A DNA stretch of 64,000 nucleotides. Source: an uncultured Actinomycetes bacterium (GTDB lineage: Bacteria > Actinomycetota > Thermoleophilia > Gaiellales > JAICJC01). This document shows, piece by piece, positions 9,709-17,515 of this stretch. Each line of letters opens with the position of its first letter. The first letter of the stretch is position 1. The notes under the pieces were generated by a model. That model did no database searches. It saw nothing but the letters and a program-made list of their open reading frames with translations, and was not told the DNA's origin. The stretch lies in contig CAVPTL010000009.1 of the NCBI GenBank assembly GCA_963708725.1, forward strand, positions 140,425-204,424, in the 5' to 3' direction. Position numbers and translations under genes: made by a program.

Positions 9709-10761
9709 ATGCTGATGCAGGAACCAATCCGAGAAGTGGTCGAGCGAGCCCAGTCCGAGGGCGAGCTGGATGCTGCCGAGCTGACCGATCTCGCGGCGGA
9801 GCTTGATCTGTCCCCCGAGGACGAGGCCCGGCTGCGGACCGAACTCGAAGAGCTTGGCGTGGAGGTCGTGAGTGTCCGAGAAGTCGATGCACCCGAGCCG
9901 GCTGCGCCGGTCGAGATGCCGTCGTACATCGCTGGGGCAACCGTCGACAGCCTTGATCTCTATCTGGCGCAGATCGGCCGCACGCCGCTTCTGACCAAGG
10001 ACGAGGAGCAGCGCCTGGCGCGACTGGTCGAGGAGGGTGACGAACTCGCCAAGCGCCGCATGGTCGAGGCCAACCTCCGGCTGGTCGTTTCGATCGCCAA
10101 GAAGTACCGGGGCCACGGGGTCGCATTCCTGGATCTGATCCAGGAGGGGACGCTGGGTCTGGTGCGCGCGGTCGAGAAGTTCGACTGGCGCCGGGATCTC
10201 AAGTTCTCGACCTACGCAACATGGTGGATCCGACAGGCGGTGCAGCGCGCGGTGGCAAACCACAGCCGCACCATCCGCGTGCCGGTGCATGTGCATGACC
10301 GCATGCGCAAGATCGACCGGTCGCGGCGAGAGCTGGAGGCTCGGCTCGGTCGCGAGGCGACCGATGACGAGGTCGCAAAGCACGCCAAGATGACGGTCGA
10401 GGAAGTGCGCGACGCCGACAGCTTCCGCTCGCAGGCAACGTCGCTGCATCGACCGGCGTCGTCCGATGGCGACACCGAGCTTGGTGACATGATCGCCGAC
10501 ACGACCGCCGAGGATGTGACCGACGTGGTTGCGACCACGCTTCGCACCGAGGCGCTGGGTCGGGCGCTGGAGCAGCTGTCACCGCGAAAGCGCAAGATCG
10601 TCGAGCTTCGTTACGGCCTTGCCGGGTCGGAGCCGATGATGCTCGAGGCGGTTGGCCGCGAGGTCGGACTGACTCGCGAGCGTGTCCGCCAGCTCGAGGC
10701 AGAGGCCCTGACACAGCTGTCGGCCATGCCCGACATCGACGGAATCCGCGACGCCGCCTAA
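9709..10761 (+). CDS. RNA polymerase sigma factor, RpoD/SigA family (group 1/2)
   Basis: Regions 1.2-4 recognisable: '[21 protein letters not shown]', '[37 protein letters not shown]', '[15 protein letters not shown]', '[15 protein letters not shown]'. ATG 9709 follows GAGGAAGAG and a 179-nt leader. Confidence 0.85.
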   Translation: MLMQEPIREVVERAQSEGELDAAELTDLAAELDLSPEDEARLRTELEELGVEVVSVREVDAPEPAAPVEMPSYIAGATVDSLDLYLAQIGRTPLLTKDEEQRLARLVEEGDELAKRRMVEANLRLVVSIAKKYRGHGVAFLDLIQEGTLGLVRAVEKFDWRRDLKFSTYATWWIRQAVQRAVANHSRTIRVPVHVHDRMRKIDRSRRELEARLGREATDDEVAKHAKMTVEEVRDADSFRSQATSLHRPASSDGDTELGDMIADTTAEDVTDVVATTLRTEALGRALEQLSPRKRKIVELRYGLAGSEPMMLEAVGREVGLTRERVRQLEAEALTQLSAMPDIDGIRDAA

Positions 10762-10823
10762 AACGGCGATCGCTCTGAGGTACCGAGGGCCCCTCTCCAA
10801 ATCCGGAGGGGGGCCCTCACTGG

Positions 10824-11606
10824 TTAACCAGACGTTCCATGGGGTAGCCAGCTGAATCGCCTGAGCGCGAACGCGAACGCGATTGCAGTCCAGGCCCCGA
10901 GTACGAGCAGATCGGTGGCGGTGACCGCGAGTCCGGTGTGGGCCGGGTCGAATGCTCGGTGCAGGCCGTGGGCGATATGTGCGAGGGGGAAGACAGTGGC
11001 GATGTCGTTGACCCAGTCGGGGTTCTTTGATTGGGGTATGAGCACACCGGAGATGAAGTACAGGGGCAGCAGGATGAGTTGGACGAATGGCTGGATCGCA
11101 GATGCGGTACGGATCGTGGGGGCGACGGCATAGGACAGCGTCGAGAATGCGGCCGAGCCGAGAACGATGATCAGGGCTGTGGCGGGTAGCGCCGAGTTCG
11201 GCACTGTGAAGTCGTAGGCCTGGGCGCCCACGAACAGGAGGATCGCGGCGGTCGCCAGGGATGCCGCCGCGGCCGTCAGCATCCGACCTGCGATCAGCAC
11301 CCAGGCGGGTACGGGTGTGGAGCGGCGGCGTTTGAGTACCCCTGCCTCGCGCTGTGTGACGAGATCGACCACGAGGTTTGCAAACGATGCGGAGACGATG
11401 CCGAGTGCGATCAAACCGGGGACGTAGAAGACGGCGACCTTGATGTGCCGGCCTCCTTCCACGACGGTCTTGTTACCCCCGCCGACGCTCACGAGCACAA
11501 GCAGGAGCACGATCGGAAGTACCAGGGTTGTGAATCGTGCCTGTTTGTCTCGCAGAAAGCTGCGCATGTCGTACCGAAACTGATGTGCGATGAGCCGAGT
11601 TGGCAT
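10824..11606 (-). CDS. ABC-2 type transporter permease
   Basis: 260-aa protein with six hydrophobic segments starting 'MPTRLIAHQFRYDMRSFLRDKQARF', 5 nt downstream of the ABC ATPase stop. The upstream part of the track ORF (to 12023) overlaps the ATPase gene and is Arg-rich junk. Confidence 0.75.
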   Translation of the reverse strand: MPTRLIAHQFRYDMRSFLRDKQARFTTLVLPIVLLLVLVSVGGGNKTVVEGGRHIKVAVFYVPGLIALGIVSASFANLVVDLVTQREAGVLKRRRSTPVPAWVLIAGRMLTAAAASLATAAILLFVGAQAYDFTVPNSALPATALIIVLGSAAFSTLSYAVAPTIRTASAIQPFVQLILLPLYFISGVLIPQSKNPDWVNDIATVFPLAHIAHGLHRAFDPAHTGLAVTATDLLVLGAWTAIAFAFALRRFSWLPHGTSG

Positions 11607-11611
11607 CTTGG

Positions 11612-12529
11612 TCAAGTCCCTGTCTCTGGTGCGGTGAGTTGGAGGTAGATGTCTTCCAGCGTTGGTCTCGTCAAGGCGAGATCGGGGATGTCGAGCGCGT
11701 GCTCGCGTGACCACCGCGCGAGCAGCTCCATGTCGGCGAGGGGATGGTCGGTGCGCATCTCCACGCCGCCGTGAGGTGTGACGGTGGCGCGATCGACAAG
11801 CGGTTGCGGAAAGTCGGCGAGCGTCCATCCCTTCGGAAACCCGAAGCTGATCACGGCGGCCGCGTGGTCTCGGCCCCCGAGGGTTGCCGGGGTGCCTTGT
11901 GCGACGATCTGACCGGCGACGATGACCGCGATCCGGTCGGCCAACCGCTCGGCTTCGTCCATGTAGTGGGTCGTGAGAAAGATCGTCTTTCCCAGCGCCC
12001 GCAGTCCGCTGATCACGTCCCATGCCGCCCGCCGAGCCGACGGGTCAAAGCCGGTGGTTGGCTCGTCGAGGAAGATCAGCTCGGGATCGCCGATCAGCGC
12101 GAGCCCGAAGTCGAGTCGCCGTCGCTGCCCTCCCGAAAGGCTGACAGCGCGGGCATTTCGCTTTGCTTCCAGCCCGATCAGGGAGATCGTCTCTTCGACC
12201 GAGCGCGGCCTGGTGAAGTAGCCGGCGTACAGCATCAACGACTCGCGTACCGTCAGGCCCGGCTCAGGTGCCGAATCCTGCAGCACGATCCCAATGCGGT
12301 CTCGCCAGTCACTTTTACCGTCGCGCGGGTCGACACCGAGCACGGCGACCTCGCCCTCGTCCCGGGGCCGGAATCCTTCGAGAATCTCGACAGTCGTGGT
12401 CTTTCCGGCGCCGTTGGGGCCAAGGAACGCGAAGATCTCGCCGGACTCGACCTCGAGATCGATCGCGCGCACGGCCTCGGCTTCGCCGTAGCGTTTTCGC
12501 AGTCCACGGATCCGTACGGCCGGGGCCAT
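11612..12529 (-). CDS. ABC transporter ATP-binding protein (DrrA-like)
   Basis: Walker A 'GPNGAGKTT', signature 'LSGGQRRRL', Walker B 'LIFLDEPTTG'. ATG 12529 overlaps the cupin stop (TGATG). Confidence 0.9.
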   Translation of the reverse strand: MAPAVRIRGLRKRYGEAEAVRAIDLEVESGEIFAFLGPNGAGKTTTVEILEGFRPRDEGEVAVLGVDPRDGKSDWRDRIGIVLQDSAPEPGLTVRESLMLYAGYFTRPRSVEETISLIGLEAKRNARAVSLSGGQRRRLDFGLALIGDPELIFLDEPTTGFDPSARRAAWDVISGLRALGKTIFLTTHYMDEAERLADRIAVIVAGQIVAQGTPATLGGRDHAAAVISFGFPKGWTLADFPQPLVDRATVTPHGGVEMRTDHPLADMELLARWSREHALDIPDLALTRPTLEDIYLQLTAPETGT

Positions 12530-13023
12530 CAATCGTTACCAGGCGCGAGCCGCGCGCCGTAGGTCGCGGCCAGCGCGAGGATTGCGGGGAAGTCGGGATC
12601 TCCGGAGGCAGTCAGCGTGGCCATCTCGCGAAAGAAGCCTTCGAATCCTCCCGGAGTGCAGATCAGCAGGAAGCGCAGTGGGTGCTCGGCGGCGTTGGAG
12701 AACGTATGTGGGACGTGGCCGGGAACGAACGCGAACCCTCCGCGGCCGATCACCAACTGCTCGCGTCCGAGATCCATCATCAACTCGCCGTCGAGGACGA
12801 ACCAGGCTTCGTCGGTTTCTGGGTGGATGTGGAACGGGGGCGCGGGTGTTCCGACCGGCATCGTGTATTCGACGACGGCGAGCGTACCGCCCGTCTGTTC
12901 GGCCGACGCTTTGATCAGCATGTCGTCGCCCTGCGACCAACGGACGGACTCTCCGTGGCCGGGCGGTAGCAGGATGGTGACCTTGGGCAGAGGTTCGCCC
13001 GATCGCGCAGGTGCATCAAACAT
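12529..13023 (-). CDS. Cupin domain protein
   Basis: 'PPFHIHPETDEAWFVLDGEL...FAFVPGHVPHTF' are cupin motifs 1 and 2. ATG 13023 is preceded by GAAGGAG. First gene of the cupin-ABC operon. Confidence 0.7.
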   Translation of the reverse strand: MFDAPARSGEPLPKVTILLPPGHGESVRWSQGDDMLIKASAEQTGGTLAVVEYTMPVGTPAPPFHIHPETDEAWFVLDGELMMDLGREQLVIGRGGFAFVPGHVPHTFSNAAEHPLRFLLICTPGGFEGFFREMATLTASGDPDFPAILALAATYGARLAPGND

Positions 13024-13135
13024 TTCGAGGTTTCTCCTTCTTGGATCGTTTGCGTGACGAGGGTCATGCTGCCCGGCGAATGACACCGCGGCCATCCCGC
13101 TGCTTGGGGGTTCTCCCACCCCCCGCAGCTGCGGG

Positions 13136-14278
13136 ATGGCACCACCTACGCACCCGGGTTATCCTCGTTTGATCGCCCACAACCTCGGAACCAAAGCTGT
13201 GCTGGCACATACCGCGATCACCGCGGCGTGCGTCAGCGGATTGACCACACTCGAGTTGTTGCGCGAGGTCGCCGACCGAGTGGCCGCGGTCGTCCCCTAC
13301 GACAGCGGCGCGTGGATGTCGCTTGACCCGGTGACGTTGGCGCCGACGGGTTCACATCTGATCGGCGTCGACACGATCGAAGCCACCACGGCTCTGCACC
13401 TGCGCTTCAGCGAGAACGAGGTGTTCGTGCCAGATTTTCTCAAGCTTCGAGATCTCGCTCGCTGTGAAACGCCGGTTGCCAGCCTGCTTCAAGCCACCGA
13501 CGGCGAGATCGAGAGAAGCGCTCGCCAGCGCGAGATCAACGCGCCCATGGGAATCGTGGATGAGGCGCGGGTGGTCTGCCGCGTGAACGGCGCGTCCTGG
13601 GGCGCGGCCAGCCTCGGCCGGTTTGAGGGCCGGCCGGCGTACTCGGTCGACGAACTGGCGTTTCTTGCCGGGATCGCGGAGCACATCGCAAACGGCCTTC
13701 GAATGGCCCTGCTCACCGACGCGGTGACCGGTGGCCATGAACTTCCCGAGGTACCGGGACTGGTGATCCTGGACGAGCGCGAGCAAATCGAGTCGATGAC
13801 CCCCGAGGCTCACGCCTGGATATCGCAGATCCCACCCGACTCCAACGCCGGCGCAGAGTTGCCGGCCTCGATGTACTACATCGCCCGCCACGCTCGCCTG
13901 ATAGCCGACCGCCAACCAGACGACGCCCGCCCGGCGCACGCCCGGATCCGCATGCAGAACGGGCGGTGGCTTTTGGTGCGGGGGACAACACTGCACCCGG
14001 CCAACGGTGGGGAGCGGCGAAGCGCGGTTTTCCTGGAGCCGGCCAGCGCGGCTCAACTGGCGCCACTCCTGGTCACGCTGTACGGACTCTCGTCACGTGA
14101 GCGAGAGGTGACCGAACAGCTGCTGCACGGTCTCACCACCGACGAGATCGCCGCCAAACTCTTCATCTCACGCCACACGGTCCGCGATCACACAAAGGCG
14201 ATCTTCGGCAAGCTCGAGGTGCGCTCCCGACCCGAACTCACCGCAAAGCTGGCAGCCGAACAGCGGATGGCCACCTGA
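13136..14278 (+). CDS. LuxR-family regulator with N-terminal sensor-like (GAF-like?) domain
   Basis: C-terminal 'LSSREREVTEQLLHGLTTDEIAAKLFISRHTVRDHTKAIFGKLEV' LuxR HTH. Start uncertain (alternative GTG 13199). Confidence 0.75.
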   Translation: MAPPTHPGYPRLIAHNLGTKAVLAHTAITAACVSGLTTLELLREVADRVAAVVPYDSGAWMSLDPVTLAPTGSHLIGVDTIEATTALHLRFSENEVFVPDFLKLRDLARCETPVASLLQATDGEIERSARQREINAPMGIVDEARVVCRVNGASWGAASLGRFEGRPAYSVDELAFLAGIAEHIANGLRMALLTDAVTGGHELPEVPGLVILDEREQIESMTPEAHAWISQIPPDSNAGAELPASMYYIARHARLIADRQPDDARPAHARIRMQNGRWLLVRGTTLHPANGGERRSAVFLEPASAAQLAPLLVTLYGLSSREREVTEQLLHGLTTDEIAAKLFISRHTVRDHTKAIFGKLEVRSRPELTAKLAAEQRMAT

Positions 14279-14315
14279 CACTCGATGTTTCAGACCGGTC
14301 GGTATCGCACACCCC

Positions 14316-14345
14316 CTGAGTGAAGGTCAAAGCTGATTCACTCAG
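14316..14345 (+). promoter_or_regulatory. 5'-leader inverted repeat abutting the SD of the sigma gene
   Basis: CTGAGTGAA-N12-TTCACTCAG (9-bp arms) ends directly before GGGAGG (14346-14351) and ATG 14360. Confidence 0.25.
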
Positions 14346-14359
14346 GGAGGTCAACCAGA

Positions 14360-15115
14360 ATGTCGGTCACGACTCCTCATACAGATATGGAACTGGTACA
14401 CGGGATCCGCGCGGGGGACGAGCAGGCGCGCGAGCAGCTGATCATGCGACATATGCCGCTGGTGCGTTCGATCGCTCACCGGTACGCGGGTCGGGGCTTG
14501 GCGCTCGACGACATCATCCAGGCCGGAAGCCTCGGCCTCGTCCAGTCGGTCAACCGCTATCAGCCCGAGCGAGGCGTGCCGTTGAGCGCATTTGCGGCTC
14601 GCACGATCGAGGGCGAGATCATGCATCAGTTCCGTGACCGCGGCTGGTCGGTGCGCGTGCCGCGCTCGCTTCAGGAGCTGAGCCGCCGTACGGCAGCGGT
14701 TGGGGATCGGCTGTCGCATCGTCTGGGTCGGGCTCCGACCACCGACGAGCTGGCCGAGGCCATGGAGATCACCCCCTCGCAGGTGGAGGAGGCGATCATG
14801 GCTCAGCGCGCGTACACCGCCGAATCGCTCGACGTCCGCGCCAACGACGACGGTACGGGCGACAGCGGTCGCGGCCAGAAGTGGCTGGCAACGACCGACG
14901 ATTCGCTCGAGTCGGTGGCCGACCGCACGACTCTGGTGAGCGTGTTGCACACCCTCCCGCCGCGCGAGCGTCGGATCGTGACCCTGCGGTACTTCGATGA
15001 CCTGACGCAGTCAGAGATCGCCGATCGGCTCGGGATCAGCCAGATGCACGTCTCACGGCTGCTGCGCGCCGCGCTCGACAGCCTGCGCCGCGAGCTGGAG
15101 CCCGCCGCCGCCTGA
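14360..15115 (+). CDS. SigB/SigF/SigG-family RNA polymerase sigma factor (copy 1)
   Basis: 'LIMRHMPLVRSIAHRYAGRGLALDDIIQAGSLGLVQSVNRYQPERGVPLSAFAARTIEGEIMHQFRD' and 'SQSEIADRLGISQMHVSRLLRAAL' are typical of group 3 SigB/F sigmas. Confidence 0.85.
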   Translation: MSVTTPHTDMELVHGIRAGDEQAREQLIMRHMPLVRSIAHRYAGRGLALDDIIQAGSLGLVQSVNRYQPERGVPLSAFAARTIEGEIMHQFRDRGWSVRVPRSLQELSRRTAAVGDRLSHRLGRAPTTDELAEAMEITPSQVEEAIMAQRAYTAESLDVRANDDGTGDSGRGQKWLATTDDSLESVADRTTLVSVLHTLPPRERRIVTLRYFDDLTQSEIADRLGISQMHVSRLLRAALDSLRRELEPAAA

Positions 15116-15119
15116 ATCC

Positions 15120-15154
15120 TGTGAATAAATGGTGCCAGGCACCATTTATTCACA
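15120..15154. repeat. Perfect 35-nt palindrome, copy 1 of a 3-member family
   Basis: TGTGAATAAATGGTGCC-A-GGCACCATTTATTCACA: 17-bp arms, verified base by base. Starts 5 nt after the sigma stop codon (15113-15115). Confidence 0.9.
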
Positions 15155-15176
15155 GCGCCGGGTCGAAGCCGGGGCC

Positions 15177-15212
15177 GCACCGGTTCGAGTCTCCCGGATC
15201 TCGAGCCGGTGC
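15177..15212. terminator. Strong hairpin (13-bp stem, 10-nt loop), possible bidirectional terminator
   Basis: GCACCGGTTCGAG-tctcccggat-CTCGAGCCGGTGC with one G-U pair. Lies between convergent transcription units. No U-tract. Confidence 0.3.
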
Positions 15213-15368
15213 GCAGAAAGCAACCGCCCCCCAAAGGGTTGGTCGCCGCCCCAGGCCTCGCGCGAGGGTGATGATGCCGGTCGCCCTCGCGGTGGTTCTG
15301 GCTCCGTCAGACTGCGACGAAGCGCTTGCCCCGGTGATCGGATCGCTCGACCCGATCTTGAGAATCCG

Positions 15369-15509
15369 TCAGCTCTCTTTGCCGTTGCCACCCGCCGCCC
15401 ACGAGGGTGGGTCGGAGGCGGGAAACGATGCAGCGTCGGTCAGATCATCCTCGGTGAGGCCGTCATCGTTCTCAGCGTCGCTCGCGTTGTCCTGCTTGTC
15501 GCGTTCCAC
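15369..15509 (-). CDS. Small acidic protein (46 aa) with 'SFPASDPPSW' motif; below the track cutoff
   Basis: Hand-translated as VERDKQDNASDAENDDGLTEDDLTDAASFPASDPPSWAAGGNGKES*. GTG is preceded by GGAAGGGAG at 5-nt spacing. I recall the FPASDPP motif from small conserved, often stress-associated, hypothetical proteins. Confidence 0.5.
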   Translation of the reverse strand: MERDKQDNASDAENDDGLTEDDLTDAASFPASDPPSWAAGGNGKES

Positions 15510-15642
15510 TGGCACTCCCTTCCGAGCCACTCAGTCTATCCCCGGACGAGTAACGCGACGGATCAGCCCGAATGCCGGAACGGGCCGATCCGCCGCGTAG
15601 GTAGAGAACATGCCCAAACCCACCGCCCCGAAAACATTCCGC

Positions 15643-16017
15643 TCAGCCGGGCTGGCCGTCTCGCGTCGAGAGTGCCTCGGCGACCGCGGCGTCACGCCCG
15701 GAGGCGAGCGTCAGCTTGCGATCCAGGCCGGTCAGCTCCAAAAGCCGTCGCACCGCGTGTCCAGTCGAGTCGGTGATCGCGATCGCAAAGCCTTTCCCTG
15801 CCTCCTCGGCGCGCTGCTGGCCGAGAATCAAGACCCGTAGCACGGCCGAATCGATGAACTCGGCGTGATCGAGGTCAATCACCACAGCGGGCGCTGAGCT
15901 GATCGCATCGGTGATCGCGTCCTCCAGCGGCGTGGCAGTCGAGAGATCGTGCTCGCCGGTGACGACGACGACTGCGACCTCCGAGGGGGTGTGCTCGACG
16001 TCAATACCTGTGATCAT
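15643..16017 (-). CDS. STAS-domain anti-sigma-factor antagonist (RsbV/SpoIIAA-like)
   Basis: 124 aa with 'VVVVTGEHDLSTATPLEDAI...VVIDLDHAEFIDSAVLRVLILGQQRA' STAS pattern. Directly downstream of the RsbW-like gene. Confidence 0.8.
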   Translation of the reverse strand: MITGIDVEHTPSEVAVVVVTGEHDLSTATPLEDAITDAISSAPAVVIDLDHAEFIDSAVLRVLILGQQRAEEAGKGFAIAITDSTGHAVRRLLELTGLDRKLTLASGRDAAVAEALSTRDGQPG

Positions 16018-16044
16018 CGCTCGTGAGCCTAGCGAATTCGGCGG

Positions 16045-16437
16045 TCAATGGAAGTGCATCCGTAGCTCGGTTCCGTGACCGCCGGCGACGGTCTCGACCT
16101 CGACCGCGTCGGCGATCGCGTGGATCACCGGAAGCCCGACCCCAAGGCCGGGGCTATCAGATCGCGGCTGCAGGCCCGAGCCCCGATCGCGGACGCGTAC
16201 GACCACACCGTTCTCGGGTTCGTCTTCCACGATCACTTCGAGATCGCCGGCGCTGTCGCGATACGCGTGGACGACCACGTTGCTACACGCTTCGGTCACC
16301 GCGAGGGTAATTTCGGCGATCCGATCATCGGTCAGATCGAACCGCTCCAGGTAGACCCGAAGCGCGTGTCGGACCAAAGGCACGCTCTCGGGATCAGCTG
16401 CCGCGCGGAGCTCAAAACCACTTCGGACCGTTTGCAT
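16045..16437 (-). CDS. Anti-sigma factor serine kinase (RsbW/SpoIIAB-like, HATPase_c_2)
   Basis: 'IAEITLAVTEACSNVVVHAY...VRVRDRGSGL...GLGVGLPVIHAIADAVEV' are N-box and G-box motifs of RsbW-type kinases. 130 aa. Confidence 0.8.
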   Translation of the reverse strand: MQTVRSGFELRAAADPESVPLVRHALRVYLERFDLTDDRIAEITLAVTEACSNVVVHAYRDSAGDLEVIVEDEPENGVVVRVRDRGSGLQPRSDSPGLGVGLPVIHAIADAVEVETVAGGHGTELRMHFH

Positions 16438-16464
16438 TTCGGTGATAGTACCCAGCGGGGCCGG

Positions 16465-16839
16465 ATGCCCAACCTCGGGGTGTCGGTTGATCTACTCTTT
16501 GCAACGATGGACGGCTCGCGAGATACCGTCACGCTGAGGGTGCACGGTGCGATCGCCGTGGCGTCGCTCGCTGAACCCCTCGTGGTGACCATGGGGGCTC
16601 GGGCAGGGGTCGACGTGGTGGTCCTGGACGAGCTTGTGGCGGCTCTCGAGCTGGTGGCCCGCGCGACCTCCCCGGACACTCCACGCACCGTGGTGGTTGA
16701 GTCCTACCGAGGCTCGGTTCACGTGACGATCGACGGTGTCGACGTCAGCCGTCTGCGCGGCGGACGGGCGGCAATCGAGTCGCTCGTGGCCGGCGTAGAC
16801 CTTCGCGAGAATGAGGTTTCACTTCGAGTTGGCGGTTGA
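16465..16839 (+). CDS. Hypothetical protein (124 aa) upstream of and overlapping sigma copy 2
   Basis: High-GC3 ORF starting 27 nt from the divergent RsbW start. The first 130 codons of track ORF 16075..16839 are antisense to rsbW and discounted. No family recognised. Confidence 0.45.
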   Translation: MPNLGVSVDLLFATMDGSRDTVTLRVHGAIAVASLAEPLVVTMGARAGVDVVVLDELVAALELVARATSPDTPRTVVVESYRGSVHVTIDGVDVSRLRGGRAAIESLVAGVDLRENEVSLRVGG

Positions 16840-17515
16840 GGTGACACCTCCAGACGGCGACTCGGGCAGCCGGGGCGCCGGGGACGTGGCGCAGCGCGTC
16901 GAGCAGTCAAGAGCGCTGGTGGCGGCGGTTGCCCGGAGATTCTCGGGGCGGGTGCCGGCCGAGGACCTGGAGCAAGCGGGGATGGTCGGAGTGATGCTGG
17001 CGGCCCGCTCGTATGACCTCGACCGCGGCGTGCCGTTCCACGGCTATGCGATGCCGTTCATCACGGGCGAGATGCTCGCCACCGTGCGCGCCCAGGCAAC
17101 GACGCACGTGTCGCGTTCGGCGCGCGAGCTCGCCCGCACGGTGGAGGCGGCCTCGGACGACGCGACCGCGAAGCTTGGACGCGCACCCACCGTGGCCGAC
17201 ATCGCTCGGGTGGCAGAGCTCGACGAAGAGCAGGTGGTGGAGGGACTGCGGGCGCGGGCGGCGCTGGCCCCGCCGGTGGTCGACGCCGACGCGCTCGACC
17301 CGCCCGGCATCGACCAGGCACTGGAGGCGGCGGTGGCGCGGCTGGAGCTCGAACCCCTGCTCTCGCGACTCGATCGGCGATCTCGAACGATCCTCGCGCT
17401 GCGATTCGGCATGGAGCTGTCACAGGCGGAGATCGCCGAGCGTATGGGAATCTCACAGATGCACGTCTCGCGGCTGCTGCGAACGGCGCTGGCTGACCTC
17501 GATGGGGCCGGCTGA
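16811..17515 (+). CDS. SigB/SigF/SigG-family RNA polymerase sigma factor (copy 2)
   Basis: 'LEQAGMVGVMLAARSYDLDRGVPFHGYAMPFITGEMLATVR' and 'SQAEIAERMGISQMHVSRLLRTAL'. Start ambiguous (ATG 16811 or GTG 16886). Confidence 0.8.
   Translation: MRFHFELAVEVTPPDGDSGSRGAGDVAQRVEQSRALVAAVARRFSGRVPAEDLEQAGMVGVMLAARSYDLDRGVPFHGYAMPFITGEMLATVRAQATTHVSRSARELARTVEAASDDATAKLGRAPTVADIARVAELDEEQVVEGLRARAALAPPVVDADALDPPGIDQALEAAVARLELEPLLSRLDRRSRTILALRFGMELSQAEIAERMGISQMHVSRLLRTALADLDGAG

Noticed and set aside
15120-15154. TGTGA...TCACA ends of the palindrome, considered as a CRP/FNR-type site. The TGAATA...TATTCA portion was considered as an ARG-box or Fur-like site.
   Set aside because: The half-site spacing (25 nt between TGTGA and TCACA) is incompatible with CRP (N6). 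The other comparisons also fail on spacing. Recurrence right after stop codons fits a hairpin better.
15182-15192. 'GGTTCGAGTC', a tRNA T-loop-like string, which could be a tRNA/tmRNA fragment or att site.
   Set aside because: The flanking bases do not form a T-stem or acceptor stem. The string is simply part of the 13-bp hairpin at 15177-15212. It does not match the 3' end of the tRNA-Met at 32481-32554.
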